The notes beneath the pieces are model-generated. The model had not been told where the DNA came from. It saw only the letters and a list, made by a program, of their open reading frames with translations, and searched no databases. From assembly GCA_965226875.1 (NCBI GenBank), contig OZ245439.1:3601817-3665816 (forward strand): a DNA stretch of 64,000 nt. The letters run 5' to 3'. The first letter of the stretch is position 1; every line of letters begins with the position of its first letter. This document shows, piece after piece, positions 11,268 to 21,307 of this stretch. Position numbers and translations under genes: made by a program. Source of the DNA: Dehalococcoidia bacterium. Lineage in GTDB: Bacteria > Chloroflexota > Dehalococcoidia > Lucifugimonadales > UBA3495.

Positions 11268-12244
11268 TGCTGGACATCGTTAGCAAGCGGAGTTGGTACT
11301 TCCTGTTCTCCGCCCTGATCATCATTCCGGGCATCCTGTCCATGCTGCTGCCGCCCGGCTGGGTCACGCTGGAATCCGGCCTGCGCCCCGGCATCGACTT
11401 CACCAGCGGCGCGGTCTTCAACGTCACCTTCATCGACGACGTGGATGAAGCGGAGATCCAGGAACGAATGATCGCATTGGGCCACCCCGAGGCGCTGGTG
11501 CAGCGGGTTGGAATCAACAACTACTTCGTCCGCACCAACATACTGGAAGAAGCCGTAGGGGACGGGCTTTCGGAGCGGGAAATCATCGAGCGCGACCTGG
11601 TGGAGACGCTGGGCCTGGACCGCGACCAGGTGGAGTTCGAGAGCGTCTCCCCCATCGTGGCGTCGGAGACGGTGAACATCGCCTTCTATGCCTTGGCCGC
11701 CGCGTCGGTGTTCATCCTGCTCTTCGTCTGGTACGCCTTCCGGCGGGTGCCCAAGGCCTACCGCTACGGCGTGAGCGCCGTCTTGGCCCTGGCCCACGAC
11801 GTGCTGATTATCCTGGGTGTCTTCTCCATCCTCGGGCGGGTCATCGGGTTCGAGGTGAACTCCATGTTCATCGTCGGCCTGCTCATTGTCGCCGGGTACA
11901 GCGTCAACGACACCATCGTTGTCTTTGACCGCATCCGCGAGAACGTCACCCGACATCCCGACCGGGACCTGGGCGGGCTGGTAAACATCAGCATTATGGA
12001 GACCATCGGCCGCTCGCTCAACACCAGCCTGACCACCCTGTTCGTGCTCATCGCCATGCTGCTCATCGGCGGCCCCAGCATCCGAGAGCTGTTGCTGGTG
12101 CTGGCCATCGGCGCCGTCGTCGGGACGTACAGCAGCATCTTCATCGCCAGCCAATTCCTGGTGATGTGGGACCGGGGCGAAATCCGCCGCTTCGGACGCT
12201 CCGCCGCCGTCGCCTCCTCCCTGATGAACCTGTTCGGCAAGTAG
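11267..12244 (+). CDS. secF: protein translocase subunit SecF
   Basis: GTG at 11267 overlaps the secD TAG (TAGTG), with GGGGAGGGGG upstream. Sequence VLDIVSKRSWYFLFSALIIIPGILS...GYSVNDTIVVFDRIREN. The ORF-track start at 11012 is an in-frame upstream extension inside secD. Confidence 0.9.
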   Translation: MLDIVSKRSWYFLFSALIIIPGILSMLLPPGWVTLESGLRPGIDFTSGAVFNVTFIDDVDEAEIQERMIALGHPEALVQRVGINNYFVRTNILEEAVGDGLSEREIIERDLVETLGLDRDQVEFESVSPIVASETVNIAFYALAAASVFILLFVWYAFRRVPKAYRYGVSAVLALAHDVLIILGVFSILGRVIGFEVNSMFIVGLLIVAGYSVNDTIVVFDRIRENVTRHPDRDLGGLVNISIMETIGRSLNTSLTTLFVLIAMLLIGGPSIRELLLVLAIGAVVGTYSSIFIASQFLVMWDRGEIRRFGRSAAVASSLMNLFGK

Positions 12245-12497
12245 TCTCCCGCGATTTTCCTGCCGGCGGGGCGCTACTATAATGAGCGCAGCCGGTCATG
12301 GATGACTACCTCGAGAGCATCTGGAGCATTAACTCCAAAGACCGGGGATGGTTCCAGCTACTGACCCTGACAGGCGGCACGGTCGGTTCAGTCATTCTGA
12401 CGCGGCTGGCATTCTGACGCTGCTGGAGCTTGATTCCCTCGCCGCCGGCGCCCCATCAATGCGACCAGCTCAGACTCCACCTCTGCAAAGGTGGTGC

Positions 12498-13544
12498 CTA
12501 GCGGCGAGGAACCAACGCCACCCTGCCCAGAACAGCGCGGCGCGGGAGCAGTTCGTAGGCCCTCCCCGCCTCCTCCAGCGGCATCACCTGTTGCAGCACC
12601 GGGGTCAGCCTGCCCTCCGCCGCCAGTGCGATGGTCTGCTCCAGCGTCGCGCGGGACACGCCGGAGACGCCAGTGAGCCGGGCGTCGCGGAACACTATCT
12701 CCGGGATGAGGCCGCGCAGGCTTCCCTCGCCGCCGACTTCTCCCAGCAGCGCCAGCCTCCCGTACTGGGCCAGGCAGCGCACCGAAGAGCGGATGGTCGG
12801 GGTGCCCACGGTGTCGATGACCACCTCGGCCCCCTCGTCGCCGGTGAGCGCCGTCACCACCTCCGAAAAGTCCAGCCCCGAATCCGCCCCTCCCGTCTCG
12901 ATAACCTCGTCGGCCCCGTAGTGTGCCAGCGCCCCGGCCTTGCCCGATGTTGACGTGACCGCCATTGTCCGCGCGCCTAGCGACGCCGCGAGTTGTAGCG
13001 CGTGGATGCCCAGTCCGCCTCCCGCGCCGGTCACGACGACCGTCTCGCCCGCCGACACTTCCACCGCCGACAGCGCCTGCAACGCGACCCCGGCCGGGCA
13101 GGCCAGCAGCGACGCCGCCGTGAGGTCCAGACCGTCGGGGAGCGCGACGAGGCTGTGTTGCGAGACCGCCACGAACTCGGCGAATCCCCCGTTGCGCCCG
13201 TGGCCGATGCCCTCTCCATTGCGGCAGCGGTGCTCCCGCCCGGCCCGGCAGCGGTCGCACTCGCCGCAGGCGTTGGTCAGCAGCGACACCACCCGGTCGC
13301 CGGGGCGCACGCGCGTAACGCCGTCGCCCAGTTCCTCCACGACGCCGGCGATTTCGTGTCCCAGCACCACGCCGGAGCGGACGCCGCGCCGCAGCGTCCC
13401 CGCCATGACCAGCCGGTCGTGATGGCAGAAGCCGCAGGCCGCCACCCGCACCAGGGCCTCCCCTGCTCCGGGGCGCGGCACGGGCAGCTCCCCCACCGAC
13501 AGGTGAGGCGGAGTTCCCGGACTATCCAACATCAGCGCGCGCAT
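12498..13544 (-). CDS. zinc-dependent alcohol dehydrogenase family oxidoreductase (MDR superfamily)
   Basis: MRALML...ACGFCHHDRL...GHEIAGVVEELG...CGECDRCRAGREHRC...VVVTGAGGGLG, showing catalytic and structural Zn ligand patterns and a Rossmann GxGxxG. The 674-aa track ORF is this gene fused to antisense read-through of nfo. Confidence 0.85.
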   Translation of the reverse strand: MRALMLDSPGTPPHLSVGELPVPRPGAGEALVRVAACGFCHHDRLVMAGTLRRGVRSGVVLGHEIAGVVEELGDGVTRVRPGDRVVSLLTNACGECDRCRAGREHRCRNGEGIGHGRNGGFAEFVAVSQHSLVALPDGLDLTAASLLACPAGVALQALSAVEVSAGETVVVTGAGGGLGIHALQLAASLGARTMAVTSTSGKAGALAHYGADEVIETGGADSGLDFSEVVTALTGDEGAEVVIDTVGTPTIRSSVRCLAQYGRLALLGEVGGEGSLRGLIPEIVFRDARLTGVSGVSRATLEQTIALAAEGRLTPVLQQVMPLEEAGRAYELLPRRAVLGRVALVPRR

Positions 13545-13640
13545 TGCCCGACATTGTATGCCGTCAGCCATGCGCCGCCAACAGCCCGTCCCGTATAATT
13601 CTCCTGCTCTGATATTGCATGACGGGGCATTACTGTGATT

Positions 13641-13668
13641 CGTCATTCCCGCTTTCGCGGGAATGACG
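13641..13668. repeat. palindromic repeat CGTCATTCCCGC-TTTC-GCGGGAATGACG (family also at 19251-19298 and 35809-35862)
   Basis: Perfect 12-bp arms read directly from the sequence. The same ATTCCCGC/GCGGGAAT core recurs at two other intergenic loci. Confidence 0.85.
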
Positions 13669-13718
13669 GGATGGGTGAATTCGGTTATTTGCCCATGCTT
13701 CGGTGAAAGGAGCTGAAA

Positions 13719-14576
13719 TTGAAAATAGGGGCGCACGTTTCGACGGCCGGGGGCATCAGCAAGGCAGTGAGGCGCGGGCAGGATATTGGCTGCGAGGCGT
13801 TGCAGATTTTCGGCTCGTCGCCCCAGTCGTGGGCCTTCCGGGAGATTCCCGACGCTGAGATTGAGGCTTTCCGGCAGAACATGGCCGACGCCGGCATGGG
13901 GCCAGTGTTCCTGCACGCCATATACCTGGTCAACCTCGGCACCAGCAAGGCCGACGCGCTGGACAAGGGCGTCGAATCGCTGTCCGCCCACCTTCGGCTG
14001 GCAGGGCGGTTGGGCGCCGAGGGTCTCATATTCCACCCCGGCAGCCACGGCGGGGCAGGCTTCGAGGCCGTGCTGCCCCAGGTGGCCGGGGCCATCCGCC
14101 GCGCGCTGGACGGCGCCCCCGACGGGCCCTGCCTCGCGGTGGAGAACATGGCGGGCATGGGCAAGCACATCGGCGCCCGCTTCGAGGAGCTGGGCGCAAT
14201 CCTCGACGCGGTGGACGACCAACGCCTCAAGGTCTGCCTCGATACGCAGCACAGCTTCGCCGCCGGATACGACCTGACCACCGGCGAGGGCATCGAGGAT
14301 ATGCTGGCCCAACTGGACACCGGGCCTGGCTCCGGGAATGTCGTCGCCATCCACGCCAACGACTCGAAGCGGGTGTGCGGCTCCGGGGTGGACCGCCACG
14401 ACAACATCGGCGAGGGCTTTATCGGCGAGGACGGTTTCGCCGTGTTCATGGGCCACCCGGCATTCCGCGACGTTCCCTTCCTGCTGGAGGTTCCCGGATT
14501 CGAGGGCAACGGCCCCGACCAACGGAACGTCGACCTGCTGAAGGACATCCGCCGGCGGGTGGGCGCGGCCCCGTGA
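13719..14576 (+). CDS. nfo: deoxyribonuclease IV (endonuclease IV)
   Basis: MKIGAHVSTAGG...ALQIFGSSPQSW...FLHAIYLVNLG...IFHPGSH...VENMAG...CLDTQHSFAAGYD...IHANDSK. TTG start preceded by AAAGGAG. Confidence 0.92.
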   Translation: MKIGAHVSTAGGISKAVRRGQDIGCEALQIFGSSPQSWAFREIPDAEIEAFRQNMADAGMGPVFLHAIYLVNLGTSKADALDKGVESLSAHLRLAGRLGAEGLIFHPGSHGGAGFEAVLPQVAGAIRRALDGAPDGPCLAVENMAGMGKHIGARFEELGAILDAVDDQRLKVCLDTQHSFAAGYDLTTGEGIEDMLAQLDTGPGSGNVVAIHANDSKRVCGSGVDRHDNIGEGFIGEDGFAVFMGHPAFRDVPFLLEVPGFEGNGPDQRNVDLLKDIRRRVGAAP

Positions 14577-14581
14577 TACGC

Positions 14582-14941
14582 ATGACCCACCGGGAGTTCG
14601 TCCGGCTGGTGCGCCTCGCCTACTCCCAACTGCCCGGCGACCTGCTCCGGCGGCTGGAGAACGTGGACATCGTGGTCGAGGAGTGGCCCGGCCCCGACGA
14701 GGCGGAACTGCTGGGCCAGCATGACGCGCTGTTCGGACTCTACCACGGCTGGCCCCTCACCGAGCGCGACGGCATCGGCCCGGCGCTGCCCGACCGCATC
14801 GTCATCTACCGTCAGCCCATCCTGCGGGCCTGCGAGACCCGGGCCGAGGCCACCCGCGAAATCCGCATCACCCTCTGGCATGAGGTCGGCCACTACCTCG
14901 GCATGACTGAAGAAGACCTGCACCGGCTGGGCTACGGCTGA
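14582..14941 (+). CDS. metallopeptidase family protein (small zincin-like, HExxH)
   Basis: 119 aa from ATG 14582, with the C-terminal motif ITLWHEVGHYLGMTEEDL. The ORF-track start at 14375 lies inside nfo. Confidence 0.7.
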   Translation: MTHREFVRLVRLAYSQLPGDLLRRLENVDIVVEEWPGPDEAELLGQHDALFGLYHGWPLTERDGIGPALPDRIVIYRQPILRACETRAEATREIRITLWHEVGHYLGMTEEDLHRLGYG

Positions 14942-15426
14942 TGCCGCCGAAAGGACCTCGGTCAATGAAGCAACTGTCCTCCGGCGCGGGCTGGCTGTTC
15001 GGAACGGCGCTGGGTCTGGGGCTTTTCCCTTTGGCGCCTGCTACACTGGCCAGCCTGGTGGCAGTAGCGGTATACGCGCCGCTTCCGATGGATGGCAATT
15101 CGCCTTCCTTCCTGGTCCTGGTCGCGGCGTCGCTGGTCATCGGGCCGTGGGCCTGCGGCAGCCTGATACGGGCTGACGACCCCGACCCCAAGCGGGCGGT
15201 GTGGGACGAAGTGGCGGGGGTATGGCTTACCTGTCTCTTCCTGCCCAAGACTCTGCCCTGGCTGGCCGCCGCCTTCCTGCTCTTCCGCGTCCTGGACATC
15301 CTAAAGCCGTGGCCCATCCGCCGCTTCGAGCGTCTCCCCGGCGGCTACGGTATCATGGCTGACGACGTGGCCGCGGGCGTCATCGGGGCGGCGGCGCTGA
15401 ACCTGGTGTACCGGCTGTTTTGGTAA
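14941..15426 (+). CDS. pgpA: phosphatidylglycerophosphatase A
   Basis: GLGLFPLAPATLASL...DPKRAVWDEVAGVW...FRVLDILKPWPI...GGYGIMADDVAAGV. The ATG overlaps the upstream TGA (TGATG). Confidence 0.88.
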   Translation: MPPKGPRSMKQLSSGAGWLFGTALGLGLFPLAPATLASLVAVAVYAPLPMDGNSPSFLVLVAASLVIGPWACGSLIRADDPDPKRAVWDEVAGVWLTCLFLPKTLPWLAAAFLLFRVLDILKPWPIRRFERLPGGYGIMADDVAAGVIGAAALNLVYRLFW

Positions 15427-15625
15427 AATGGGGTCCTCGCCAACTGTATGTGATAAGATACGGTGTGAGCCAATGTTCATACTCATGGAACTAAGAAAAG
15501 AATGAACTACTTAATCAAAGGTTCTTTATTCTCCCTCTCCCTTGAGGGAGAGGGACCATCGAAAGCCCCTACCTTTGGACACCGCATGGTGGCGGGGATC
15601 GGACTCAGGCCGTATAGTGGAATTA

Positions 15626-16525
15626 ATGACTGTCCTTGTTGAAGCGAAAGCACTGACCAAGCGGTACGGATCCATTCTGGCCCTAGACTCCGTGGACTTT
15701 GAGGTCGGCGAGGGCATTACCGGGCTGCTGGGGCCCAACGGGGCGGGAAAGAGCACCGCCATCAAGCTGTCGCTGGGGCTGATCAGGCCCACGTCCGGCT
15801 CCGCGGAGGTCATGGGGCGGCAGCCCTACGACTCGCCGGAGGTGCGGGAGCGATTGGGCTATATGCCGGAGCACGACTGTCTGCCTCCGGCGGCCAGCGC
15901 CGCCGAGTTTCTGTCCCACATGGCCCAAGTGTCCGGTCTTCCGCCGGCCCAGGCCCGCACCCGCGCCGCCGACATCCTCCGGCACGTTGGCCTGGAGGAG
16001 GAGCGTTACCGCCCCATAGGGCAATACTCCACCGGAATGAAGCAGCGGGTGAAGCTGGGCCAGGCCCTCGTCCACGACCCGGTCCTGGTGTTGCTGGATG
16101 AGCCGACCGCCGGTCTCGACCCCACCGGGCGCGAGGAAATGCTGCAACTGGTGCGCCGCACCGGGCGGGAGTTCGGCATCAGCATCATCCTCTCCTCCCA
16201 CCTGATGAACGATGTCGAGAGCACCTGCGACCGCATCATCGTCCTGGAGGGCGGAAGAGTAACCGAGGAAGGAACGGTCGCCGGGTTCACCACTGATACC
16301 GAGGTTATCGTCCTCGACGTTGATGACAAGCGGGAGGAAGTCGCCACCGCGCTGGCCGCCAGGGGAATAAACGCGACCCTGGAAGGGCCGTCTATGACAG
16401 TGGAATTGCAGTCCGAGGAGCAGTACGACGACATACGGGACGCGGTGGCGGAAACGGGCGCGCGCCTGCGCCGGATGAGTCCGCGCCGCCGTCAGTTGGC
16501 CGAAATCTTCCGGGCGGCCCGATGA
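15626..16525 (+). CDS. ABC transporter ATP-binding protein
   Basis: Walker A GPNGAGKST, signature YSTGMKQR and Walker B VLVLLDEPTAGLD. Start taken at ATG 15626 (MTVLVEAK). Confidence 0.9.
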   Translation: MTVLVEAKALTKRYGSILALDSVDFEVGEGITGLLGPNGAGKSTAIKLSLGLIRPTSGSAEVMGRQPYDSPEVRERLGYMPEHDCLPPAASAAEFLSHMAQVSGLPPAQARTRAADILRHVGLEEERYRPIGQYSTGMKQRVKLGQALVHDPVLVLLDEPTAGLDPTGREEMLQLVRRTGREFGISIILSSHLMNDVESTCDRIIVLEGGRVTEEGTVAGFTTDTEVIVLDVDDKREEVATALAARGINATLEGPSMTVELQSEEQYDDIRDAVAETGARLRRMSPRRRQLAEIFRAAR

Positions 16526-17466
16526 CCGGTCCAACAAACCGCCAGTCCGGCGCCGAGGTCTTCGATCTTGGCTACCGGCACTACGAGGGTCTCCGGGAAG
16601 GGAGGGCGAGAGCCCGCCGGGCGATATATGTCAACGGGCTGCGAACGACACTGGGCATCGGCCGGGGTACGATGGCAAAGGTGCTCGCCATCCTGATGTT
16701 CGGCGCTGCGATGGTGCCCGCAGTCATCATGGCGGTGATCGCGTCGTTGTTGGAGCCCTTGGCCGACGCCCTGCCCTCTCATGCCGACTACTATGAACTG
16801 GTTTCGCTGGTGCTTTTCCTGTTCGCCGCCATCATCGGGCCGGAACTGCTTTGTCCTGACCGTCGTGATGGCGTCATTCACCTCTACCTGGTTCGCCCGA
16901 TCACGCCCACCGACTACGTTGTCGCTCGCTGGCTGGCGTTGTTTACGGTGACCATCGCCCTCGTATATTCGGGACAGTTGGTGCTCTGGATCGGGCTGGT
17001 GCTGTCTGCATCCGATCCCGCGGAATATCTCCGCGAGAACTGGCTGGACATTCCGCGTATCCTGGGCGCGGGGCTGGTGGTGGCCGTGTTCCTGGCCACG
17101 GCGCCGCTGGCGGTGGCAGCGTTCACCGACCGGCGGGCCTACGCCGCCGCCTTCGTCATAGGGCTGTTCATCATCAGCGCCACGGTTTCCGGCGCGCTCA
17201 CCGCCTGTACCGAATCGGGCGAATCCGGCGAGTGCGAGCAACGAGTCACAGGCGGAGCGGCGAAGTGGCTGTCGCTGGTCAGCGTGGGAGAGGCGCCCAC
17301 CAGGGTCAACGACATCATATTTGGCAAAGACGACCCCGGTCTCGGCAACGACCAGACCGGCGTTTCCGCCGAACTCCCGCGTCCCGCGCCGGTGCTCTGG
17401 TACGCCTTGCTGACCTGCGGCCTCGGGGCCCTGCTCTGGAGACGCTACGAGAGGATAGCCGCTTGA
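16522..17466 (+). CDS. ABC-2-type transporter permease-like membrane protein
   Basis: 314 aa, with multiple hydrophobic helices. Translationally coupled to the flanking ATPase genes by 4-nt overlaps. Confidence 0.6.
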   Translation: MTGPTNRQSGAEVFDLGYRHYEGLREGRARARRAIYVNGLRTTLGIGRGTMAKVLAILMFGAAMVPAVIMAVIASLLEPLADALPSHADYYELVSLVLFLFAAIIGPELLCPDRRDGVIHLYLVRPITPTDYVVARWLALFTVTIALVYSGQLVLWIGLVLSASDPAEYLRENWLDIPRILGAGLVVAVFLATAPLAVAAFTDRRAYAAAFVIGLFIISATVSGALTACTESGESGECEQRVTGGAAKWLSLVSVGEAPTRVNDIIFGKDDPGLGNDQTGVSAELPRPAPVLWYALLTCGLGALLWRRYERIAA

Positions 17467-18389
17467 GTGCGTCGGGGCCGGTGATAGAAGTCGAAAACGT
17501 CTCCAAGTGGTACGGCGACGTAGTGGCGGTGAACGGTGTGTCGGTGCAGATATTCCCCGGCATTACCGGGCTGCTCGGCCCCAACGGCGCGGGCAAGACC
17601 ACGCTGCTGCACCTGATTACCGGGCTGGCAGCCTGCTCCGAAGGCTCGGTAACGGTGCTCGGAGAGCCGTCGCGGAACAATCCCGAGCTGTACCGGCGGG
17701 TCGGCGTGATGACCGAGAACGAGGGGGTCTACGGCTTCCTCACCGGGCGGCAGTTCCTCGAATCTACGGCGAAGATGCACGGCCTGTCTTCCGTCGCCCC
17801 TGCGGTGGACCAGGCGCTGGAGATCGTCGGGATGGCCGATGCGCAGCGCCGCCGCCTCGGCGGCTACTCCCGCGGGATGCGCCAGCGGATGCGCCTGGCG
17901 GCGGCGCTGGTGCATGACCCGGAGGTGCTCGTACTCGATGAACCGCTGAGCGGCACCGACCCCCGGCAGCGCCTGGAGTTTGGCGCCGCAATGATCCGCT
18001 TCGCCGAACAGGGCCGGACCGTACTGGTGTCGTCCCATATCCTGGAGGAAATCGAGCTGCTGGCGGACCGCATCGTGCTGATGGTCAGCGGCAAGCTCGC
18101 CGCCACCGGCGACATAAGGGCCATCCGGGAGAAACTGGACGAACAGGCATACCACGTGAGGATCGTGACCGATTCCCCCCGTGCGTTGGCCGCGGCCCTC
18201 GTGAGCCTGGAAGAGGTCGATTCGGTGAACCTCGGCCCGGACAGCGATTTGGTCGTCCTGAGCCGGAACGTCGGCGTGCTTCAGGAGGCAATCCCCCGCT
18301 TGGCCCGGGAGCTGGGGGCGCGGCTCTTCCGGGTTGAACCGCTGGACGAGTCGCTGGAAAGTATCTTCGGCTACGTGGTCGGGCGCTGA
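17463..18389 (+). CDS. ABC transporter ATP-binding protein (second copy)
   Basis: Walker A GPNGAGKTT, signature YSRGMRQR and Walker B VLVLDEPLSGTD. The start is TTG 17463 or GTG 17481. Confidence 0.88.
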   Translation: MSASGPVIEVENVSKWYGDVVAVNGVSVQIFPGITGLLGPNGAGKTTLLHLITGLAACSEGSVTVLGEPSRNNPELYRRVGVMTENEGVYGFLTGRQFLESTAKMHGLSSVAPAVDQALEIVGMADAQRRRLGGYSRGMRQRMRLAAALVHDPEVLVLDEPLSGTDPRQRLEFGAAMIRFAEQGRTVLVSSHILEEIELLADRIVLMVSGKLAATGDIRAIREKLDEQAYHVRIVTDSPRALAAALVSLEEVDSVNLGPDSDLVVLSRNVGVLQEAIPRLARELGARLFRVEPLDESLESIFGYVVGR

Positions 18390-19114
18390 TGAGGGAAGTG
18401 TTCCGGCTCTCCTTCCGGCAATTGACCGGGCCGCTGCGCCTGGGCCTGATTCTGCTGCTCTCCGCCCTGCCTGTCGCCCTGGCCGCGATAATCGCCGTGA
18501 CCACCGGCGAAGAAGGAATCGGACGTGACGACTTCGTAAACATCATGCTGAGTGGGCTGCTGGTCGCCGGAGTCCTGCCCATCGTCGTCATGACCCTGGG
18601 CACCGCCGCCTTCAGCAACGAGCTGGAGGACCGCACACTGGGCAACTTGGCGCTGATGCCGCTGGCCCGTTGGCAGATAGTCCTGCCCAAGCTGCTGGCC
18701 GCCGTGGCCATCTCCGGCCCGGTAATCATCGTCAGCGGAGTGGTGACGTCTCTCATCGGACTGGGCCTGGATGCCCGGGCCGCGCTGTCGGTGGCTGTCG
18801 CCCTGTTCCTGGGCGTGGCCGCCTACTCGGCCATCTTCACCTGGACCGGCCTGGTGACCGGAAGGGCGCTGGCGGTGGCCCTGCTGTACGTCCTGATCTG
18901 GGAGGGCATTATCGGCTCGTTCATCAGCGGGGTTGGCTACCTCAGCGTCCGGGGCTACACCCTGGCCATCATGCACGGGCTGGACTCCGCGGCCTTCGAG
19001 GCAGTCGGCGGCCAGGTGATCGCCCTTCCGGCGGCCATCGTGGGCGCGCTGCTGGTGACCGCCGTGTTCTACGGCCTAGCCGTGTGGCGGCTGACCCGCA
19101 TGGACGTCCCTTGA
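18389..19114 (+). CDS. ABC-2-type transporter permease-like membrane protein (second copy)
   Basis: 241 aa, about 6 hydrophobic segments. The ATG overlaps the upstream TGA. Confidence 0.6.
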   Translation: MREVFRLSFRQLTGPLRLGLILLLSALPVALAAIIAVTTGEEGIGRDDFVNIMLSGLLVAGVLPIVVMTLGTAAFSNELEDRTLGNLALMPLARWQIVLPKLLAAVAISGPVIIVSGVVTSLIGLGLDARAALSVAVALFLGVAAYSAIFTWTGLVTGRALAVALLYVLIWEGIIGSFISGVGYLSVRGYTLAIMHGLDSAAFEAVGGQVIALPAAIVGALLVTAVFYGLAVWRLTRMDVP

Positions 19115-19188
19115 ACAAAAGGAACAAAAGCCGCAGATTGTCAATGTAGCATAGAGCCACTACAACGAGTTGATTGCTACCCGGCTTG

Positions 19189-19329
19189 GAAACTATCTCA
19201 AAATCAACTGGCCCTCCTGATATACCGGCATCGCTGACCAAAGCCCATAGATTCCCGCCTTCGCGGGAATAACGGGCGCCTTCGCGGGAAGGACGGGTCG
19301 GGTGCCGCGCCACGTCTTGAGATAGTCTC
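19189..19329. mobile_element. MITE-like element with terminal inverted repeats GA(A/G)ACTATCTCAA and internal ATTCCCGC palindromes
   Basis: Left end GAAACTATCTCAA at 19189-19201 and right end TTGAGATAGTCTC at 19317-19329. The interior holds ATTCCCGCCTTCGCGGGAAT. The same end motif (GAACTATCTCAAGG) is the insertion target of IS21 copy B. Confidence 0.55.
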
Positions 19330-19466
19330 TAAATCCCTTCGCATGGGAGGCCTTCCGTGCCAACCTCAAGATACAAGACCCCGGGGAAGAACCGTTGCGC
19401 CCATTGGGATGCCGCCTTACACTGGCGGAGTTTTAAATCCAGGTACGCACGATATGGAGGCACACT

Positions 19467-20252
19467 ATGAGTGAACTGGACGATCGATACGAACTAGGAC
19501 AGGAAACGCGGAGAATGTTTGGCGGCGGCCAAATCACTGGCGGGGCGGCACCTGGGGCTTGGGACATTGCGCCGGACCTGGAAAGGATCCTTGGTGAGGC
19601 GTTATTCGGCACCATTTGGAGGCGGCCGGCCCTGACCCCGGTGCAGCGGGAGATGGTCACGCTGTCGTGTCTCATAGTCATGAACCGCGAGGTACAGCTG
19701 AAGCGGCATTTGGGCAACGCGCTGAACGTAGGATTGACGCCTGACCAGATCGTGGAGTTGATCATTCACGACACCTGGTACAGTGGAGCGCCGGCGGGCA
19801 TCCAGGCGCTGACACTGTGCAAAGCGGTTTTTGAGGAGCGCGGGATAGACTTCACGCCGGCCCGCATTCACGATGCCAGCGAAGACCCCGACAGCCTGTT
19901 CCAGCGGGGGGACGAGTTCCGGCGGAACTACATGGGAACCACCTCCGCGGCACGGCCTGCTCCGCCGACACAAGCTGAGAGGGAGTTGGGGCGTACTACC
20001 GGAGAATACTACTGGGGAGCGACCTGGACGCGACCGGGGCTTGATCTCCCCAGCCGTTGCATCTGCACCATGTCGTGCCTGGCGGCGTTGGGCCGCGAGG
20101 GGCCACTGCGGAGCCACATCCGGGGCGCGCTGAACATCGGGTTTACACAGGACCAGATCATCGAGGTGTTCGGCCACATGACGCTCTACGCCGGTATACC
20201 GTTCGCCCGGGGTGCGATGGACGTTGCCAACGAGATTTTCGCCAGCGCGTGA
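19467..20252 (+). CDS. carboxymuconolactone decarboxylase family protein (two AhpD-like CMD domains)
   Basis: 261 aa with two repeats of the CMD pattern: LTPVQREMVTLSCLIVMNREVQLKRHLGNALNVGLTPDQIVELIIH and LDLPSRCICTMSCLAALGREGPLRSHIRGALNIGFTQDQIIEVFGH. Confidence 0.8.
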   Translation: MSELDDRYELGQETRRMFGGGQITGGAAPGAWDIAPDLERILGEALFGTIWRRPALTPVQREMVTLSCLIVMNREVQLKRHLGNALNVGLTPDQIVELIIHDTWYSGAPAGIQALTLCKAVFEERGIDFTPARIHDASEDPDSLFQRGDEFRRNYMGTTSAARPAPPTQAERELGRTTGEYYWGATWTRPGLDLPSRCICTMSCLAALGREGPLRSHIRGALNIGFTQDQIIEVFGHMTLYAGIPFARGAMDVANEIFASA

Positions 20253-20832
20253 CGGTGCTGCCGCGTGTAGAAGCGTAATCAAGGGTCGAATTGCAACCGC
20301 CAGTTTATTGATGTTCAGCGGAAACGTCCGCCGGCATCCATGGGGTTGTATTCGACCCTATGTCCAATCATCTGGGAAAGGGTATCAGCAAAGCGGCAGT
20401 GGTTTTCGCACCCTTGCCAGAACCGGACGCACTGGACTCACAGCTTTGGAATACGACGAGGTCAGGTCGGAGACTCCGCCACTGGATCCCCAGGGAATCC
20501 AGCGCACAGGTGTGTAACTGGATGCAGCGACCTTTTTCAAGAACTGGCTTTGAACGCACCGCCAAGAGGCGTCAACAAGTCTTCCGAAATGAGTCCCGGA
20601 CCGTCAGCGCCGAGGGGAAACATTCAAAAGACGATAAGGTATTGCGCAATCCTCATCTCTTGGCCTTGGGCTACGAAGAAGAGAACCTCTACCCAAGCAT
20701 CCGGGTCATGGGAGCCGTCGACTTCTTCGGTCAGCGCAACATAAAATGGTGGAAGAGCGCCAGAAGCGGCGAAGACACCAGCGTGGACGCCTTCCTGGTG
20801 GCCGAAACCATATCAGGACGCAGGCGGGCATA

Positions 20833-20872
20833 CCTCCTAAACCAAAGCCAAGGTGAAAAGCGCAGAAACAAA
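20833..20872. repeat. 40-bp direct repeat, copy 1 (partner at 22401-22440)
   Basis: CCTCCTAAACCAAAGCCAAGGTGAAAAGCGCAGAAACAAA, versus copy 2 with one A/G difference. Confidence 0.9.
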
Positions 20873-21092
20873 ATCCTGGAGATGAACGGCGAGAGCTACC
20901 GACTCAAGCGCAGCCGGGAGAACGCCGCCTCGCAACCTCTAGAGAAGCCGGAAGACGCATAACGCACCGTCAACGCTGCCCCTTCCTACTCCTGTAACGT
21001 CGCCACCCTGACCGATTTACTACAGACAGTCATCAGGCCGATGGTACACGGTTACTCCGCCACAGTGGCATGTTTTGGCGACGCCCTTGACA
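20873..21092 (+). mobile_element. 3'-terminal remnant of an IS21-family element (last istB codons plus right end), diverged relative of 26217-28362
   Basis: Collinear with 28143-28362: ATCCTGGAGATGAACGGCGAGAGCTACCG...CTCCTGTAACGTC...GGTACACG...TTGACA. It encodes ...ILEMNGESYRLKRSRENAA. Confidence 0.8.
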
Positions 21093-21307
21093 CCGATTGT
21101 CGGCCAACAACAAGTGAGAAGAAGGTGACCATGTGCAACGAGTGCGGGATGGCCTACAGCTTCTACATCAGAGCTCTGTTCCACAAGGCCTAATACCTCT
21201 CCGCCCTTGACGTACTACCAGTATGGTCATAATCGGCTATAGTCCAACCATACTGATCATAGTACCTTGCACTTTACGATGTTCATGCAGGTCAGGAGTA
21301 GTCGCTG

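Noticed and set aside
12299-12418. 39-aa ORF (MDDYLESIWSINSKDRGWFQLLTLTGGTVGSVILTRLAF) downstream of secF, after a TACTATAAT-like box.
   Set aside because: It is plausible as a small membrane peptide, but I have no comparative or RBS support. It is noted only.
12498-14522. 674-aa ORF reported as a single protein.
   Set aside because: Only the C-terminal 348 aa (from ATG 13544) form the alcohol dehydrogenase. The N-terminal part is antisense to nfo and passes through a palindromic repeat (translation ...VIPAKAGMTN...).
20285-20365. Possible distal att repeat of tRNA-Ser (GGGTCGAATTGCAACC and GTATTCGACCC resemble GGGATTCGAACCC).
   Set aside because: Only about 10 scattered matching bases with indels, which is not distinguishable from chance.
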